From Candidatus Udaeobacter sp. (lineage in GTDB: Bacteria > Verrucomicrobiota > Verrucomicrobiia > Chthoniobacterales > UBA10450): a stretch of DNA of 39,515 nt. Positions 1-9,183 of the stretch are shown here, piece by piece; the first letter of the stretch is position 1; each line of letters opens with the position of its first letter. The notes below the pieces were generated by a model that saw nothing but the letters and a program-made list of their open reading frames with translations, ran no database searches and was not told the origin of the DNA. The position numbers and the translations under genes are program-made. The stretch is taken from assembly GCA_040414975.1 (NCBI GenBank), contig JBEDUS010000200.1, forward strand, positions 1-39,515, read 5' to 3'.

Positions 1-793
1 TGAAGAAACTGTTTGGCGGGACAAAGAAGAGTCCATGAGTCACGCCTGCGCTGTCCGTATATCTGCCCACCACCCAGTTAAAATCGTTAAGTCCAAACAG
101 GATTGTTCCAGTGGAGCCCGGAGGATCGATCGGGAAGTGCAGCGCCCCATTGGCGTCCCGGTAGACGCCATGAGTGATTCCTGAGGGTTCTACATAGTAT
201 CCCACCGTCAAGCTCTTTGGATCATTGATCTGGTAAACAACGGTCACGGCAGCTCCCGGGACGCTAAACAACGTTAAGGTTCCACCAATGTTGACGAACG
301 CCTGCTGGATCGAGGTTTGTATCGGGGGAAAAATAAACGTGCCGGCAAAGTCGCCGGAATTGTTTATCCCAAGCACAACGGTAAAGACCGCGCCGGGAAC
401 ATCGTACGTTGTGAAGGTGCCACCCGACAGGAAAAACCCGTGCTCGCTGCCATCGCTGGTGCCGTAGCCACCGCCGACTGTGCCTGGGTTATTGATGGCT
501 CGTGCGTCAGTAAAACCCACGGTATCGTTAGGGTCGACGATCGGCGCGCTAAAGCTACCATCTTTGAACCTGACAAAACCGCGCACCACCCCGAGCGAGT
601 CGACGAACTCGCCAACGATGTCGCCTCTTTCGTTAATCTTTTGCGGCGCGGTCGCATTTCCGGTCCCGGGATAATCAAAAGTCGTGATCACTTCAATAGA
701 GCCTGAGTTCGCTGCTTGCTGAGCGAACGTCCCCATCAATCGGAACAAGAACAGAACTGCCAGAATGCTGATAAATATCTGTTTTGGTTTCAT
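1..793 (-). CDS. Secreted HAF-like repeat protein (N-terminal ~264 codons; C-terminus lies beyond the left window edge)
   Basis: Minus-strand frame is open from ATG 793-791 to the window edge. I checked every in-frame triplet and found no stop. It is absent from the ORF track because it has no stop in the window. AAGGAGG lies 11 nt upstream. MKPKQIFISILAVLFLFRLMGTFAQQ is a signal peptide. It is followed by repeats of the form GINN.G..(V)G.Y....G..HGF(F/L), reminiscent of the HAF-family extracellular repeat. Confidence 0.6.
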   Translation of the reverse strand, partial: MKPKQIFISILAVLFLFRLMGTFAQQAANSGSIEVITTFDYPGTGNATAPQKINERGDIVGEFVDSLGVVRGFVRFKDGSFSAPIVDPNDTVGFTDARAINNPGTVGGGYGTSDGSEHGFFLSGGTFTTYDVPGAVFTVVLGINNSGDFAGTFIFPPIQTSIQQAFVNIGGTLTLFSVPGAAVTVVYQINDPKSLTVGYYVEPSGITHGVYRDANGALHFPIDPPGSTGTILFGLNDFNWVVGRYTDSAGVTHGLFFVPPNSFF

Positions 794-1086
794 GATGCTT
801 ATTGCCTCCTTAATTTTTGGTTTAAATTTGTTGCAGAAGTAGTTCGAGATTTTGTGTGCTCGCTTCTTTCTAAGAATTCGGTTCGTTTCCCATTCCTCTA
901 CGAAAATTCTACGCTGCGTTGCAGAAAAAATGCGGCGGCTTTTCCGTGCTCGCATGGCGCGCAATGGGCACACCCATCTGTAGCGCGTTGGTTTCGTAGT
1001 AGTGCCAGCGTCTGTCCCCCTCGAGTCGGCCATCGGCGGACTGAAGTTGGACGCTTCCGGCAGGCGGTTTGGTGCGTTTTAGGCCG

Positions 1087-3930
1087 CTATTGGTGCGCTA
1101 TTAACCGTTGGAAGCGCGGATCATTCCGCAGCGGATCGAACATCGGATCGAGCCGGAGCAGCGCAGGGGTGAGCGGCACATTGTTAGCCAGTGGGCTCAT
1201 GTATGGTATGGACATCAGTTTCTGTAAAGCGGCGATGGCGCGGTCGGGCTCTCTCATGCGTGCCGCCACTCGAGAGAGGATCTCGGTCGGGCCGGGACCA
1301 TTAAAGGCGTCCTTCTCGGTCGGGATCACTCCTGCGGCCCGCTCCGACAGAGACAACGCGGCGGCTTTGTCACCAAGTCCCATACAGGTCAGCGCGAGGT
1401 TTCCAATAAGGATATAATTTTGCGGTTGTTCTTTAAGAAAAGGTTCCAGTTCGCTACGCGCTTGTCGCCAAGTTGCTTGGGCCGCGGAATGGTCGCCAGC
1501 GAGTTCTTGCGCCCAGCCTAACCAAAAGCGTAGTTCGCTATTGTAAAAACCCAACGCTGGATCAGGGTTTGCCAATATTTCCTTTAGCCGAGGGATAATT
1601 TGTTCAGGACGACGCTCCAACATCGCTTGGTAAATTTGTGTCTCCAACGCAGCGCTGTCGCTAGCAGCCGGACGGAGCGGAGCGAGAAGTGCCGACGCGC
1701 GCGGCAGGTCGCCCTCGGCTTGCGCAATACTCGCCTTTTGCGCGAGGGTATCTACGTCGTCCGGCACAATATCGAGAATCTGATCAAGTTTTCTCAATGC
1801 TTCGGGGAAACGCCGAAGGTTGATATAGGAAAGTGCATGCTGACCGAGTAGCGAAACGTTGCGTGGATCGAGCCGCTCCGCCTGGTTAAAGTAGGATTCG
1901 CTCTGATCCCACTGACCTCGCCTCCGCTCGACATACGCTAGAAACTCAAAAATCCGGCAGCTATTCGGCAGGAACTGACGTGCCTGCTCAAAGTAACGCA
2001 CTGCGGCGTTATAATCCCTCAGGCAGGCGTAATGGTATTCGCCCTTGGCCAACACTGCCTCGCCTAGATTGGGCTGAAGAGTCAGGGCAGTTTGGGCTGC
2101 CTGTCGCGCTTCGTCCCGGAGGGCGAGCGTTGGTTGAAGACTTTGTGTGATGTAGCCGCGCGAATCGACCAGTGACAGCAGGGCCCAGCTAAGGGCGAAC
2201 TTTGGGTCCAACCGCACCGCCTCTTTGAGATATTGTTGTGCGCTAAGAGAGTTGCCGGCTGTGATTGCAGTTTTCATCATATAAGCGAGACCACGCAGGT
2301 AGGCGTCGTATGCTTCGGTACTGTCAGTCGGTTTGGCGGAGATTGCTTGCTCTTCCTGACCGGTGAGTTTCGCTTGTAACTGGTCGGCGACGGCTTTGGC
2401 TACTTCAGTTTCGGCGGAGAAGATGTCGGTGAGCTTGCGATCAAAAGTGTCGGCCCAGAGATGGGAATCATTCGCCGCTTTGATTAGCTGCACATTCACG
2501 CGCACGGTATCACGGCTCTTCTGCACGCTTCCTTCCAGGATGTAGGTGACGCCAAGTTGCCTGGCGACCTCCGGCAGGTTTTTCGGAGAGCTTTTGTAAC
2601 GTTCAGTCGAAGTCTGCGAGATCACCTTCAGGTCGGCGATCTTAGACAAGCGCGTCAGAATCTCGCCCTCAATACCGCTGGCGATATACGCGTTGGAATT
2701 ATCGTCGCTTAGGTTTTGAAACGGGAGAACAGCAACGCTTTTTTCGGGAATGCTCGAGGCCGAGCTTACGTTTTTCGGGTGAGGCGAACGAACAGCGAAT
2801 AGCAAAACCGCAGCAAACAGAACTCCGGCAAGCATAAACAACCAAGCCTGGCGGCGGTGTGTTACCTGTGCTCTACAGCGCTGAAGTTTTAGCGCCAGAT
2901 CTCGCGGGCTCGGACGCGCCGCGGGCTCGATGGCGAGCATCGATTTAAGCAAGGCTATCAGCCGAGACGGAGTCCGTGCCGCTTTTAACTGCTGCAACGG
3001 CAGGAGCGCGGAAAGTTGTTTCCCGCGAATGTCTTGAGCTGTTCGGCCGGGGAAGACGGTGCGCCCGGTTAGGAGATACCAGATTGTCGCGCCTAACGAA
3101 TAAATATCGGACCGAACATCCACCATTCTATTGACAAATTGCTCCGGACTCGAGAACGCCGGCGTGCCGATGAATCTATTGTGAGTCAATGTCGTCGCAT
3201 CTGCCTTCTCGGTGAGCGCCTTTGCCACACCGAAGTCGATCACCTTCACGATAGGGAGCGACGGTTTGGCGACGTTGCGGCATTTGCCGAGGTGCTGTTT
3301 CTCTGAATTTTGAAGCAAATCGGCTGGATCATCCCTCTCCTCGCCAGCGACAATCATGATGTTGGCCGGTTTTAAATCACGATGGACCAGACCGCGCGTT
3401 TCGGCTGCAGCCAGCGCATCCGCAATCTGTCGAGCGATATCGATGACCTCGAGCGGATCCATCGGACCGGTTCGCTTCACCCGCATATCCAGCGTTTCTC
3501 CTTCCACGAGCTCCATCGCGTAAAAGCATTGGCCGGTTTCCTCGCGAATCCCGAAGTGATAAACGGTCGCGATGTTTGGGTGTCGCAAAGCGGCGGCGGC
3601 TCGTGCTTCACGCAAAAATCGCTCGCGCGCAGTAGTCCCCCAAGCGACCGTGGTCTGAATGATTTTCAGTGCCACCACCCGATCCAGGGATGTATCGAGC
3701 GCGCGAAAGGTGATACCCATCGCCCCGCGACCAAGTTCCCATGGAGTGCCATCATTGCGTCGCACAATTGCATATGTCCCAAATTGATCGCCTGGAGGAA
3801 TCGGATCCGCCACATCGCTTAGTCCGACACGAAGGAGGCATACCATGCAGCCAATATCGCCAGCCGATGTCCTTTCTCTGCGCGTCCCGCATGTCGGACA
3901 AACTGCTGCGCTCTGTTGTTGAAGTTCCAT
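1087..3930 (-). CDS. Membrane-spanning Ser/Thr protein kinase with N-terminal zinc-ribbon-like motif and periplasmic TolB-N-like + TPR region
   Basis: 947-aa ORF. It has CPTC...CMVC near the N-terminus and Hanks kinase motifs GRGAMGITF, VALKII, HRDLKPANIM, DFGVAK and GTPAFSSPEQ. One TM helix (AWLFMLAGVLFAAVLLFAV) is followed by VAVLPFQNLS...YILEGSV and about 400 aa of TPR-like repeats. Confidence 0.85.
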   Translation of the reverse strand: MELQQQSAAVCPTCGTRRERTSAGDIGCMVCLLRVGLSDVADPIPPGDQFGTYAIVRRNDGTPWELGRGAMGITFRALDTSLDRVVALKIIQTTVAWGTTARERFLREARAAAALRHPNIATVYHFGIREETGQCFYAMELVEGETLDMRVKRTGPMDPLEVIDIARQIADALAAAETRGLVHRDLKPANIMIVAGEERDDPADLLQNSEKQHLGKCRNVAKPSLPIVKVIDFGVAKALTEKADATTLTHNRFIGTPAFSSPEQFVNRMVDVRSDIYSLGATIWYLLTGRTVFPGRTAQDIRGKQLSALLPLQQLKAARTPSRLIALLKSMLAIEPAARPSPRDLALKLQRCRAQVTHRRQAWLFMLAGVLFAAVLLFAVRSPHPKNVSSASSIPEKSVAVLPFQNLSDDNSNAYIASGIEGEILTRLSKIADLKVISQTSTERYKSSPKNLPEVARQLGVTYILEGSVQKSRDTVRVNVQLIKAANDSHLWADTFDRKLTDIFSAETEVAKAVADQLQAKLTGQEEQAISAKPTDSTEAYDAYLRGLAYMMKTAITAGNSLSAQQYLKEAVRLDPKFALSWALLSLVDSRGYITQSLQPTLALRDEARQAAQTALTLQPNLGEAVLAKGEYHYACLRDYNAAVRYFEQARQFLPNSCRIFEFLAYVERRRGQWDQSESYFNQAERLDPRNVSLLGQHALSYINLRRFPEALRKLDQILDIVPDDVDTLAQKASIAQAEGDLPRASALLAPLRPAASDSAALETQIYQAMLERRPEQIIPRLKEILANPDPALGFYNSELRFWLGWAQELAGDHSAAQATWRQARSELEPFLKEQPQNYILIGNLALTCMGLGDKAAALSLSERAAGVIPTEKDAFNGPGPTEILSRVAARMREPDRAIAALQKLMSIPYMSPLANNVPLTPALLRLDPMFDPLRNDPRFQRLIAHQ

Positions 3931-3953
3931 CGATTACAAAGCGAGGACTGAAA

Positions 3954-4793
3954 TTAGTTCGCAACCTCCTCTGTGGCACTAATCCGCGCTATGACTTGGC
4001 AAAGATATCGCAATTCGTCATCCACTTGCGATGGTTCTTCCACGGTAACACGCACCTCTTCTCGCAAGATCGCCCGATAGCGCGCACGGAGTCGTGCCAC
4101 GTCGCTTCGCAGAGTTACCGTCGGCCGACCGAGTCGATGTGACAGCTCCTCATAGGCAACTGCGGTCTCGACTGTGCCGGACAAGTAACACTTCAAACAA
4201 TCAAATAAGGCGCTTTTTCCCGCCATCGCGCATTCTTGCCCAAGGCGGTCGAGCGCACGACATAGCAGTGCAGCGGCCCATTCACGCTCGTAAACTTGGT
4301 CACAACTCCATGAGTCTTGGTAATTGGCTTGGGCCTCCACCTCAGCCATCGTCGCATCGGTAATCGGTACGTACGTCGCACCGCCGCCGCGTTTCTTCGC
4401 CCGATCCCGCTTGTGTGTTTTTACTACAAAACGCTTTAGCGCACCGAGGAGAAACGAACGGAAGCGCCCCTTCGCAGGTTGCGCCCGGGCATAAGCACGA
4501 TTCTGGATTAGATCGGCGAAAAAACCTTGCGTCACATCCTGGGCGGCATCGGGATTAAATCCCTCTCTGCGGAGAAACAAATAGAGCGGCCGCCAATAAA
4601 GCTCACAGAGTTCTGACAGCGCGTTCAGTGCTTGGCTGGATGAAGCCTGGAGCTGGGCTGCTTCGAACACGAGGGTCCAACTGGTGGACGCAAACAATCC
4701 GTCACGGCTCGTAACCTCAGTCTTTTGACTCCGGAGCTGCCCCTGAATCTCCTGATTGAGCCGAGGAAGATCCGTTGGCATATGCTTCTTCAT
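3954..4793 (-). CDS. ECF-type RNA polymerase sigma factor (extended N-terminus and long sigma2-sigma4 linker)
   Basis: The sigma2-like region is LYWRPLYLFLRREGFNPDAAQDVTQGFF. The sigma4 HTH-like region is YEELSHRLGRPTVTLRSDVARLRARYRAILREEV. The gene ends 23 nt upstream of the kinase start, so co-transcription is likely. Confidence 0.75.
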   Translation of the reverse strand: MKKHMPTDLPRLNQEIQGQLRSQKTEVTSRDGLFASTSWTLVFEAAQLQASSSQALNALSELCELYWRPLYLFLRREGFNPDAAQDVTQGFFADLIQNRAYARAQPAKGRFRSFLLGALKRFVVKTHKRDRAKKRGGGATYVPITDATMAEVEAQANYQDSWSCDQVYEREWAAALLCRALDRLGQECAMAGKSALFDCLKCYLSGTVETAVAYEELSHRLGRPTVTLRSDVARLRARYRAILREEVRVTVEEPSQVDDELRYLCQVIARISATEEVAN

Positions 4794-5390
4794 AAACTAC
4801 GAAGAAAAGGCAATAGTCAGTTTTACAAAAGTGGCACTAGGGGGTCCGCGTTCGAGTTCTGAAATCACTTGGTCCATAACATCGTTCCTGTTACAACGAA
4901 TGAAATTGCAGCGGTAAGAGACATTGAAGATCCAACAAGGCCGCCACCTTTGCGTGCCAGTCAACAAAATTACGAACCATTGCGAACGATTCGAAATCTT
5001 CGTACGGTCGTAATTTGCGCAGCACTTTCAGACACGTCGTATTATTCACAGCGCTGCATGTCATCCAGTGCTAAGCAGAGCACATTTTCACCATTCCAAC
5101 ACCCAAAATTTCGAATTAAGAACGAACAAGGGACCCACACGTTACTGTTTTGTATCAAGCCTTCTCGTCTAGTCCCGTGACGTTAACAAGGAACAAGTAC
5201 CTCATGCGACGGGTAAGGACACATCTAAACGTACGACTAAGTTCAATAGGCCAGTAAGGTGTGAACTTACCTCGCTAACACGATTGGCTTAGGCCTTGAG
5301 TCTTACTTGGGCTTGATGAGGCAAATGTGCACACCGACGTTTGGTAGGTCAGCGAGCAGTTTTATGAGGTGCGCTTCGCCGCTGCGATCC

Positions 5391-6578
5391 TTACATGGTC
5401 GGCCGAGGTAATGGCGTTGGACGCTGCCTGGGCGTGGGTATAGGCCTGGGCGTGACAGTAGCGGTCGCTGTTACTGTAGCGGTTGGAGTTGGAGTCGCAG
5501 TCGGTGTAACAGTTGGCGTCGGTGTCGGCGTGGCGCAGCCGATTTCGGTGTACTGCTGGTTATCATTGGTAGGAGTCCCGACGCCAGAGTTGCCGGCGAT
5601 CGCGTAGAAGGATTGGCCCGCCGTCGCCCCTTCGAGATAATCCCTGGGCTGCACCATATTTGGCAGGTTGTCCCATGTGTTCGAGGCGGGGTCCCAAGCG
5701 ATTACGCTGTTGCTTGTGGCAAAATTGACGTCCCCTCCTGCAAGCACCCACCTGCCGTTGTAGACACCGGAGGCGGCAGCCGAGCGGCCCGCAGGCAGAT
5801 CAGCGATTGCAGCATCGTCCCAAGTATTGGTGTTTGGATCGTAGCGATAAGTCTTGTCAGGAAAGGCGTTGCCGCCGGCTCCGTAGACGTAGCCGCCCAA
5901 GGCAGCCGCCATCAGTGTGTGATTGGCAACCGGATAATTGGCGGCCATCGACCAGCTATTTGTGGCGATATCATATACCTCCACGTGAAAATCGGTGCCG
6001 ACAGCGGCACCTGCGATCCGGTAGATTTTGCCGTTGAGGTAAGCAGACGCGTGGAAGTAGGTAGGAATGGTGTAAGAGGGCAGGCTGGTGTCATAGGTAT
6101 TGGAGGCTGGGTCGTAACGCCAGAGCGTTGCCGTTGTATTGAAGTTTTGGTCTACGCCGCCGAGCAGATAGATATAGGTGCCGTCGCTTGCGCCACTGAA
6201 CCAGGCTCGCGGTGCAGGAAGCGAGGCGATGGCCGTCCAAGTATTGGTCGCGGGGCTGTACACATATGCGTTTGCGATAGCGACATTGTTGACGATTCCA
6301 CCGAAGCTATAAACGTTGCCACCTTGCGAAACCACGGCGTGTCCGGAAAGAGCGATGGGATAGGGAGCCTGCTCGGTCCAGGAGCCAACCGAAGCGCAAG
6401 GCGTCGCGGTGGGGCTTGGGGTGGCTCCGGGGAGATAAACACTAGCCGTCACATAGTCGTTCTGGTTGCCGCCCGATCTGATGTCGTGTGTTTCTGTACC
6501 TGTTATGGTGGTTGTAAGCGCGGTAATTCCCATTGCGCAAAAAAATAGCGCGCAAATTGCAGCGAAACGTATTCGCAT
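5391..6578 (-). CDS. Secreted Kelch-repeat (beta-propeller) protein with Pro/Thr-rich C-terminal tail
   Basis: I prefer the internal ATG at 6578 because it gives a signal peptide (MRIRFAAICALFFCAMGITALT). There are repeated Y.(F/L)GG....T.W..(Y)D..TN(T/S)W blades. The last ~50 aa are TPTPTPTVTPTATPTPTATVTATATVTPRPIPTPRQRPTPLPRPT. Confidence 0.7.
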   Translation of the reverse strand: MRIRFAAICALFFCAMGITALTTTITGTETHDIRSGGNQNDYVTASVYLPGATPSPTATPCASVGSWTEQAPYPIALSGHAVVSQGGNVYSFGGIVNNVAIANAYVYSPATNTWTAIASLPAPRAWFSGASDGTYIYLLGGVDQNFNTTATLWRYDPASNTYDTSLPSYTIPTYFHASAYLNGKIYRIAGAAVGTDFHVEVYDIATNSWSMAANYPVANHTLMAAALGGYVYGAGGNAFPDKTYRYDPNTNTWDDAAIADLPAGRSAAASGVYNGRWVLAGGDVNFATSNSVIAWDPASNTWDNLPNMVQPRDYLEGATAGQSFYAIAGNSGVGTPTNDNQQYTEIGCATPTPTPTVTPTATPTPTATVTATATVTPRPIPTPRQRPTPLPRPTM

Positions 6579-6767
6579 GATGCGGTTTTTCACGCGAGCT
6601 CCCTGAGAAACTGGAGTATAAAAAATGCGTCGAAACAAGTCGAGGAAAATCTTGCTCTGATTGTATTTTGAAACCGAAGTGCGCCGCGATGATCTTTGCG
6701 CAGTCGAGCGTGCTTTTCTTGTATTACATCGCAATCGGCGCAAAATTCGGAACACTAGATTTTTGGG

Positions 6768-7442
6768 ATGCGAAGCTTTTTAACTTACCTCTCAGAAAGA
6801 TGTAAATGGGCATCAAAAGGGACTGGCGCCGTTTGTGGGTGGGTATCTCTGATTATTGGAACCACACTGGCTGCTCTTCTGTGGTTTTCTCCCCGGTGGT
6901 TTCACGAACACATCTCGGATCGGACGACCGCGTTTATGCTAGTGATAGTTCCGTTACTGGCTGGAGCCAGCGTATTTCTGATTCGGTGGTTCGTTTCTTC
7001 CTACCCAGTTTATATGCAGGTGCGAAGGACGCTGGACACGCTGACCGACACGAAGAAGGAGGAACGCGTCAAAGCGGTCCACGGCTGTTTTGAGCGAAGC
7101 GCCGCCCTCCTAAAACAACATCCTTCGGTCTTACTGCCTTTTCACGCGCTATCGCGGGCGGAGGGACACAGATTGGAATCTAATGAGGAAATTGTCGAGG
7201 TTTGCGAACTAATTCGTGGGGCGGGATACGCTCATCCATTTGAGGGAATATCGCCGGCATATGTACCGGAAAAAGATTGGCTGCCTTTTTTGAAGCACGT
7301 CAAACACGCTCCCAACATCAACCCAGAAGAGGGTAAGAATTATATTGACGCTGCCGAGCGCTGGCGAGTTGACCACGGTTATCCTTTGCCACCTGAGGAC
7401 GCTGATCTCACATTACTGGTCGAAAAGACGTTGCTTCGATGA
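6768..7442 (+). CDS. Hypothetical membrane protein (two N-terminal TM helices, soluble C-terminal half)
   Basis: 224-aa ORF with two hydrophobic segments (VCGWVSLIIGTTLAALLWF and AFMLVIVPLLAGASVFLIRWF). I recognised no family motif. Confidence 0.45.
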   Translation: MRSFLTYLSERCKWASKGTGAVCGWVSLIIGTTLAALLWFSPRWFHEHISDRTTAFMLVIVPLLAGASVFLIRWFVSSYPVYMQVRRTLDTLTDTKKEERVKAVHGCFERSAALLKQHPSVLLPFHALSRAEGHRLESNEEIVEVCELIRGAGYAHPFEGISPAYVPEKDWLPFLKHVKHAPNINPEEGKNYIDAAERWRVDHGYPLPPEDADLTLLVEKTLLR

Positions 7443-7649
7443 GGTAGCAACCATGGTCGTATTTCTTGTTCAGTGTTGTACGCGAGGAAAAGCTGACTGC
7501 GTTTTGCCAAATCGCATCCGTTGCTCGCAGCTCTCCAAGCAAAATTTCCTCTTTAGTCTTACGTGTGAAGTGATATTCTACACCGCGAAACGCGAAGTAA
7601 GGTCTTCGCGGATCCACGCAGTGTTTGAAGGGGAACCGATTCGAAAACG

Positions 7650-8465
7650 ATGGGGAAACGCTGTTCACTTCGCCTTTTTTACTTCGCGCTCTTCATCGCC
7701 GTTGACCTGGCGGCCGCAGCTCGAATCGAAGCATTTACTTTACGAGAGAAGTCCCTCACCAGAAAATCCTCGGCCTCTCGGCCTGTGCAGCCTGTGCGGC
7801 CTGTGCCGCGGTATCCCTGGAAAATAAGTATTGTCACAACAGTCTTTTGGATTGGTGAACAGCCAGGTGGACATAATCTCGTGCCGAATCGCACAAGTGC
7901 CTGGGACAAGCAATGGACCAAAAACTATGGCGGTTTTGACGACCCGAACCCAACCCATCGAAGTAATTATATCCCGGTAAAATTTACGCCGCGGCAGAAC
8001 CCATTTTACTGCGCACTCCCCTACAACGACAAAGCACACACTGGCCACCGGACGGAAGCGCCTCGCGTTGTTCCCTGGTTTCAAGAGGCATATCGGGGAC
8101 CGGCTGTTTCAACTTGCAAGGATCGATGGGTCGCGATCCGCAAAGGCAATCGAATCGCTTATGCGCAGTGGGAAGACGCAGGACCATTCCGAACGGATCA
8201 TTGGCAGTACGTGTTTGGCAATGAACGTCCAAAGCCCAGCCTGAATAAAGGTGCAGGCCTCGATGTCTCCCCTGCCGTGCGAGACTATCTCGGGCTCAAG
8301 GAAACTGACGTTACCGATTGGCGATTTGTGGACTTTAGTGAAGTGCCGCGTGGACCGTGGTCAACCTTGGGAGAAAACAACACGTTCGTCATCAATGGCC
8401 GCAAAAAGCGCGTGAAACTCGCTGAACGATCAAAACCGAACGAAGTAGGTGCGATTGCTCGATAA
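7650..8465 (+). CDS. Secreted protein, possibly with an RlpA/3D-like double-psi beta-barrel domain
   Basis: Signal peptide MGKRCSLRLFYFALFIAVDLAAAA. The C-terminal half (RWVAIRKGNRIAYAQWEDAGPF....GAGLDVSPAVRDYLGL) resembles the V.V.D.GP...(I)D(L/V)S.AA...LG signature of DPBB-fold wall-binding or lytic domains. The family call is tentative. Confidence 0.45.
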   Translation: MGKRCSLRLFYFALFIAVDLAAAARIEAFTLREKSLTRKSSASRPVQPVRPVPRYPWKISIVTTVFWIGEQPGGHNLVPNRTSAWDKQWTKNYGGFDDPNPTHRSNYIPVKFTPRQNPFYCALPYNDKAHTGHRTEAPRVVPWFQEAYRGPAVSTCKDRWVAIRKGNRIAYAQWEDAGPFRTDHWQYVFGNERPKPSLNKGAGLDVSPAVRDYLGLKETDVTDWRFVDFSEVPRGPWSTLGENNTFVINGRKKRVKLAERSKPNEVGAIAR

Positions 8466-8592
8466 TCGTCGGAGACACGAGTCGATAAGCACGCACGTGT
8501 GTAGCAGCGCATGATCCAAACCTAAGAAAAAAACGGCTCCTTTCACCGAAATCGTGATCCCTTACAAACTTCACACATATTTGGCTGAGCGA

Positions 8593-9126
8593 ATGATGAA
8601 TCGACTTTCACAATTTTGTGCGCTCTCCGTGACCCTTATATTTTTGAACAGTTGCAGCACGATGACCGATCTGCTCACGTCTCATCTACCGGAGAGTCAT
8701 TCTGGCCGGCCGACGATTGTCGTGAGCTTGCGGAACCAGCAAGCCTATCTCTATCGTGCGGGGTATATCACCGCGTCGTCCCGCATATCCAGCGGCCGCG
8801 AAGGATACCGCACTCCGATTGGTCGCTTTGAAGTTACTCGTAAGGACCTGGATCATCGCTCCAGTGTCTATGGTGACTACGTTGATGACTCAGGCCATGT
8901 CGTGAAAGCCAATGTCGATAATAGGCGTGACGCCAAACCACTACATAGCCACTTCGTCGGCGCTCCAATGCCATACTTTCTGGAGTTCTCGCCAGGGTAC
9001 GGATTGCACCAAGGCTACCTCCCGGGGGTGGCCGCGTCACACGGCTGTATTAGGATGCCTTATTGGAAAGCGCGTCAATTTTATGACGCCGCCCACGTTG
9101 GGACACCGGTATTGGTAAAGCCTTAG
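8593..9126 (+). CDS. Lipoprotein L,D-transpeptidase (YkuD family)
   Basis: The internal ATG at 8593 gives MMNRLSQFCALSVTLIFLNSC, a lipobox-type signal. The catalytic motif is HGCIRM, preceded by HQGYLPG. Confidence 0.8.
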   Translation: MMNRLSQFCALSVTLIFLNSCSTMTDLLTSHLPESHSGRPTIVVSLRNQQAYLYRAGYITASSRISSGREGYRTPIGRFEVTRKDLDHRSSVYGDYVDDSGHVVKANVDNRRDAKPLHSHFVGAPMPYFLEFSPGYGLHQGYLPGVAASHGCIRMPYWKARQFYDAAHVGTPVLVKP

Positions 9127-9183
9127 GGAAAACGGGCGCCGGTCGCGTTCAGGCGGGTAATAACCGCGATTTCACGGTGCCGC

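Noticed and set aside
317-1417. Plus-strand track ORFs 317-706, 480-674 and 716-1417, and minus ORF 364-678
   Set aside because: They overlap the open-ended minus-strand gene (1-793), which has an RBS, a signal peptide and clear repeat structure, or they overlap the 3' end of the kinase gene. Their sequences are low-complexity Arg/Ala/Ser-rich, typical of off-frame reading in G+C-rich DNA.
4840-4865. GCGTTCGAGTTC resembling a tRNA T-loop (GTTCGA)
   Set aside because: The flanking bases do not form a 5-bp T-stem. I could not build an acceptor or anticodon stem on either strand.
5613-6548. 311-aa plus-strand ORF antisense to the Kelch gene. Similar long antisense ORFs include 18153-19094 in yidC, 28824-29555 in dnaE, 35879-36580 in the SDR and 11809-12360 in the symporter.
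   Set aside because: Each lies entirely inside a gene with strong family motifs on the other strand. Each is Arg/Gly/Cys-rich with no recognisable motif. These are shadow ORFs.
7408-7668. 86-aa minus-strand ORF in the spacer between two plus-strand genes (…YFAFRGVEYHFTRKTKEEILLGELRATDAIWQNAV…)
   Set aside because: The sequence is vaguely protein-like, but it overlaps both neighbours (35 nt and 19 nt). It has no RBS and I could not place it in a family. It is left unannotated and would be worth a blastp.
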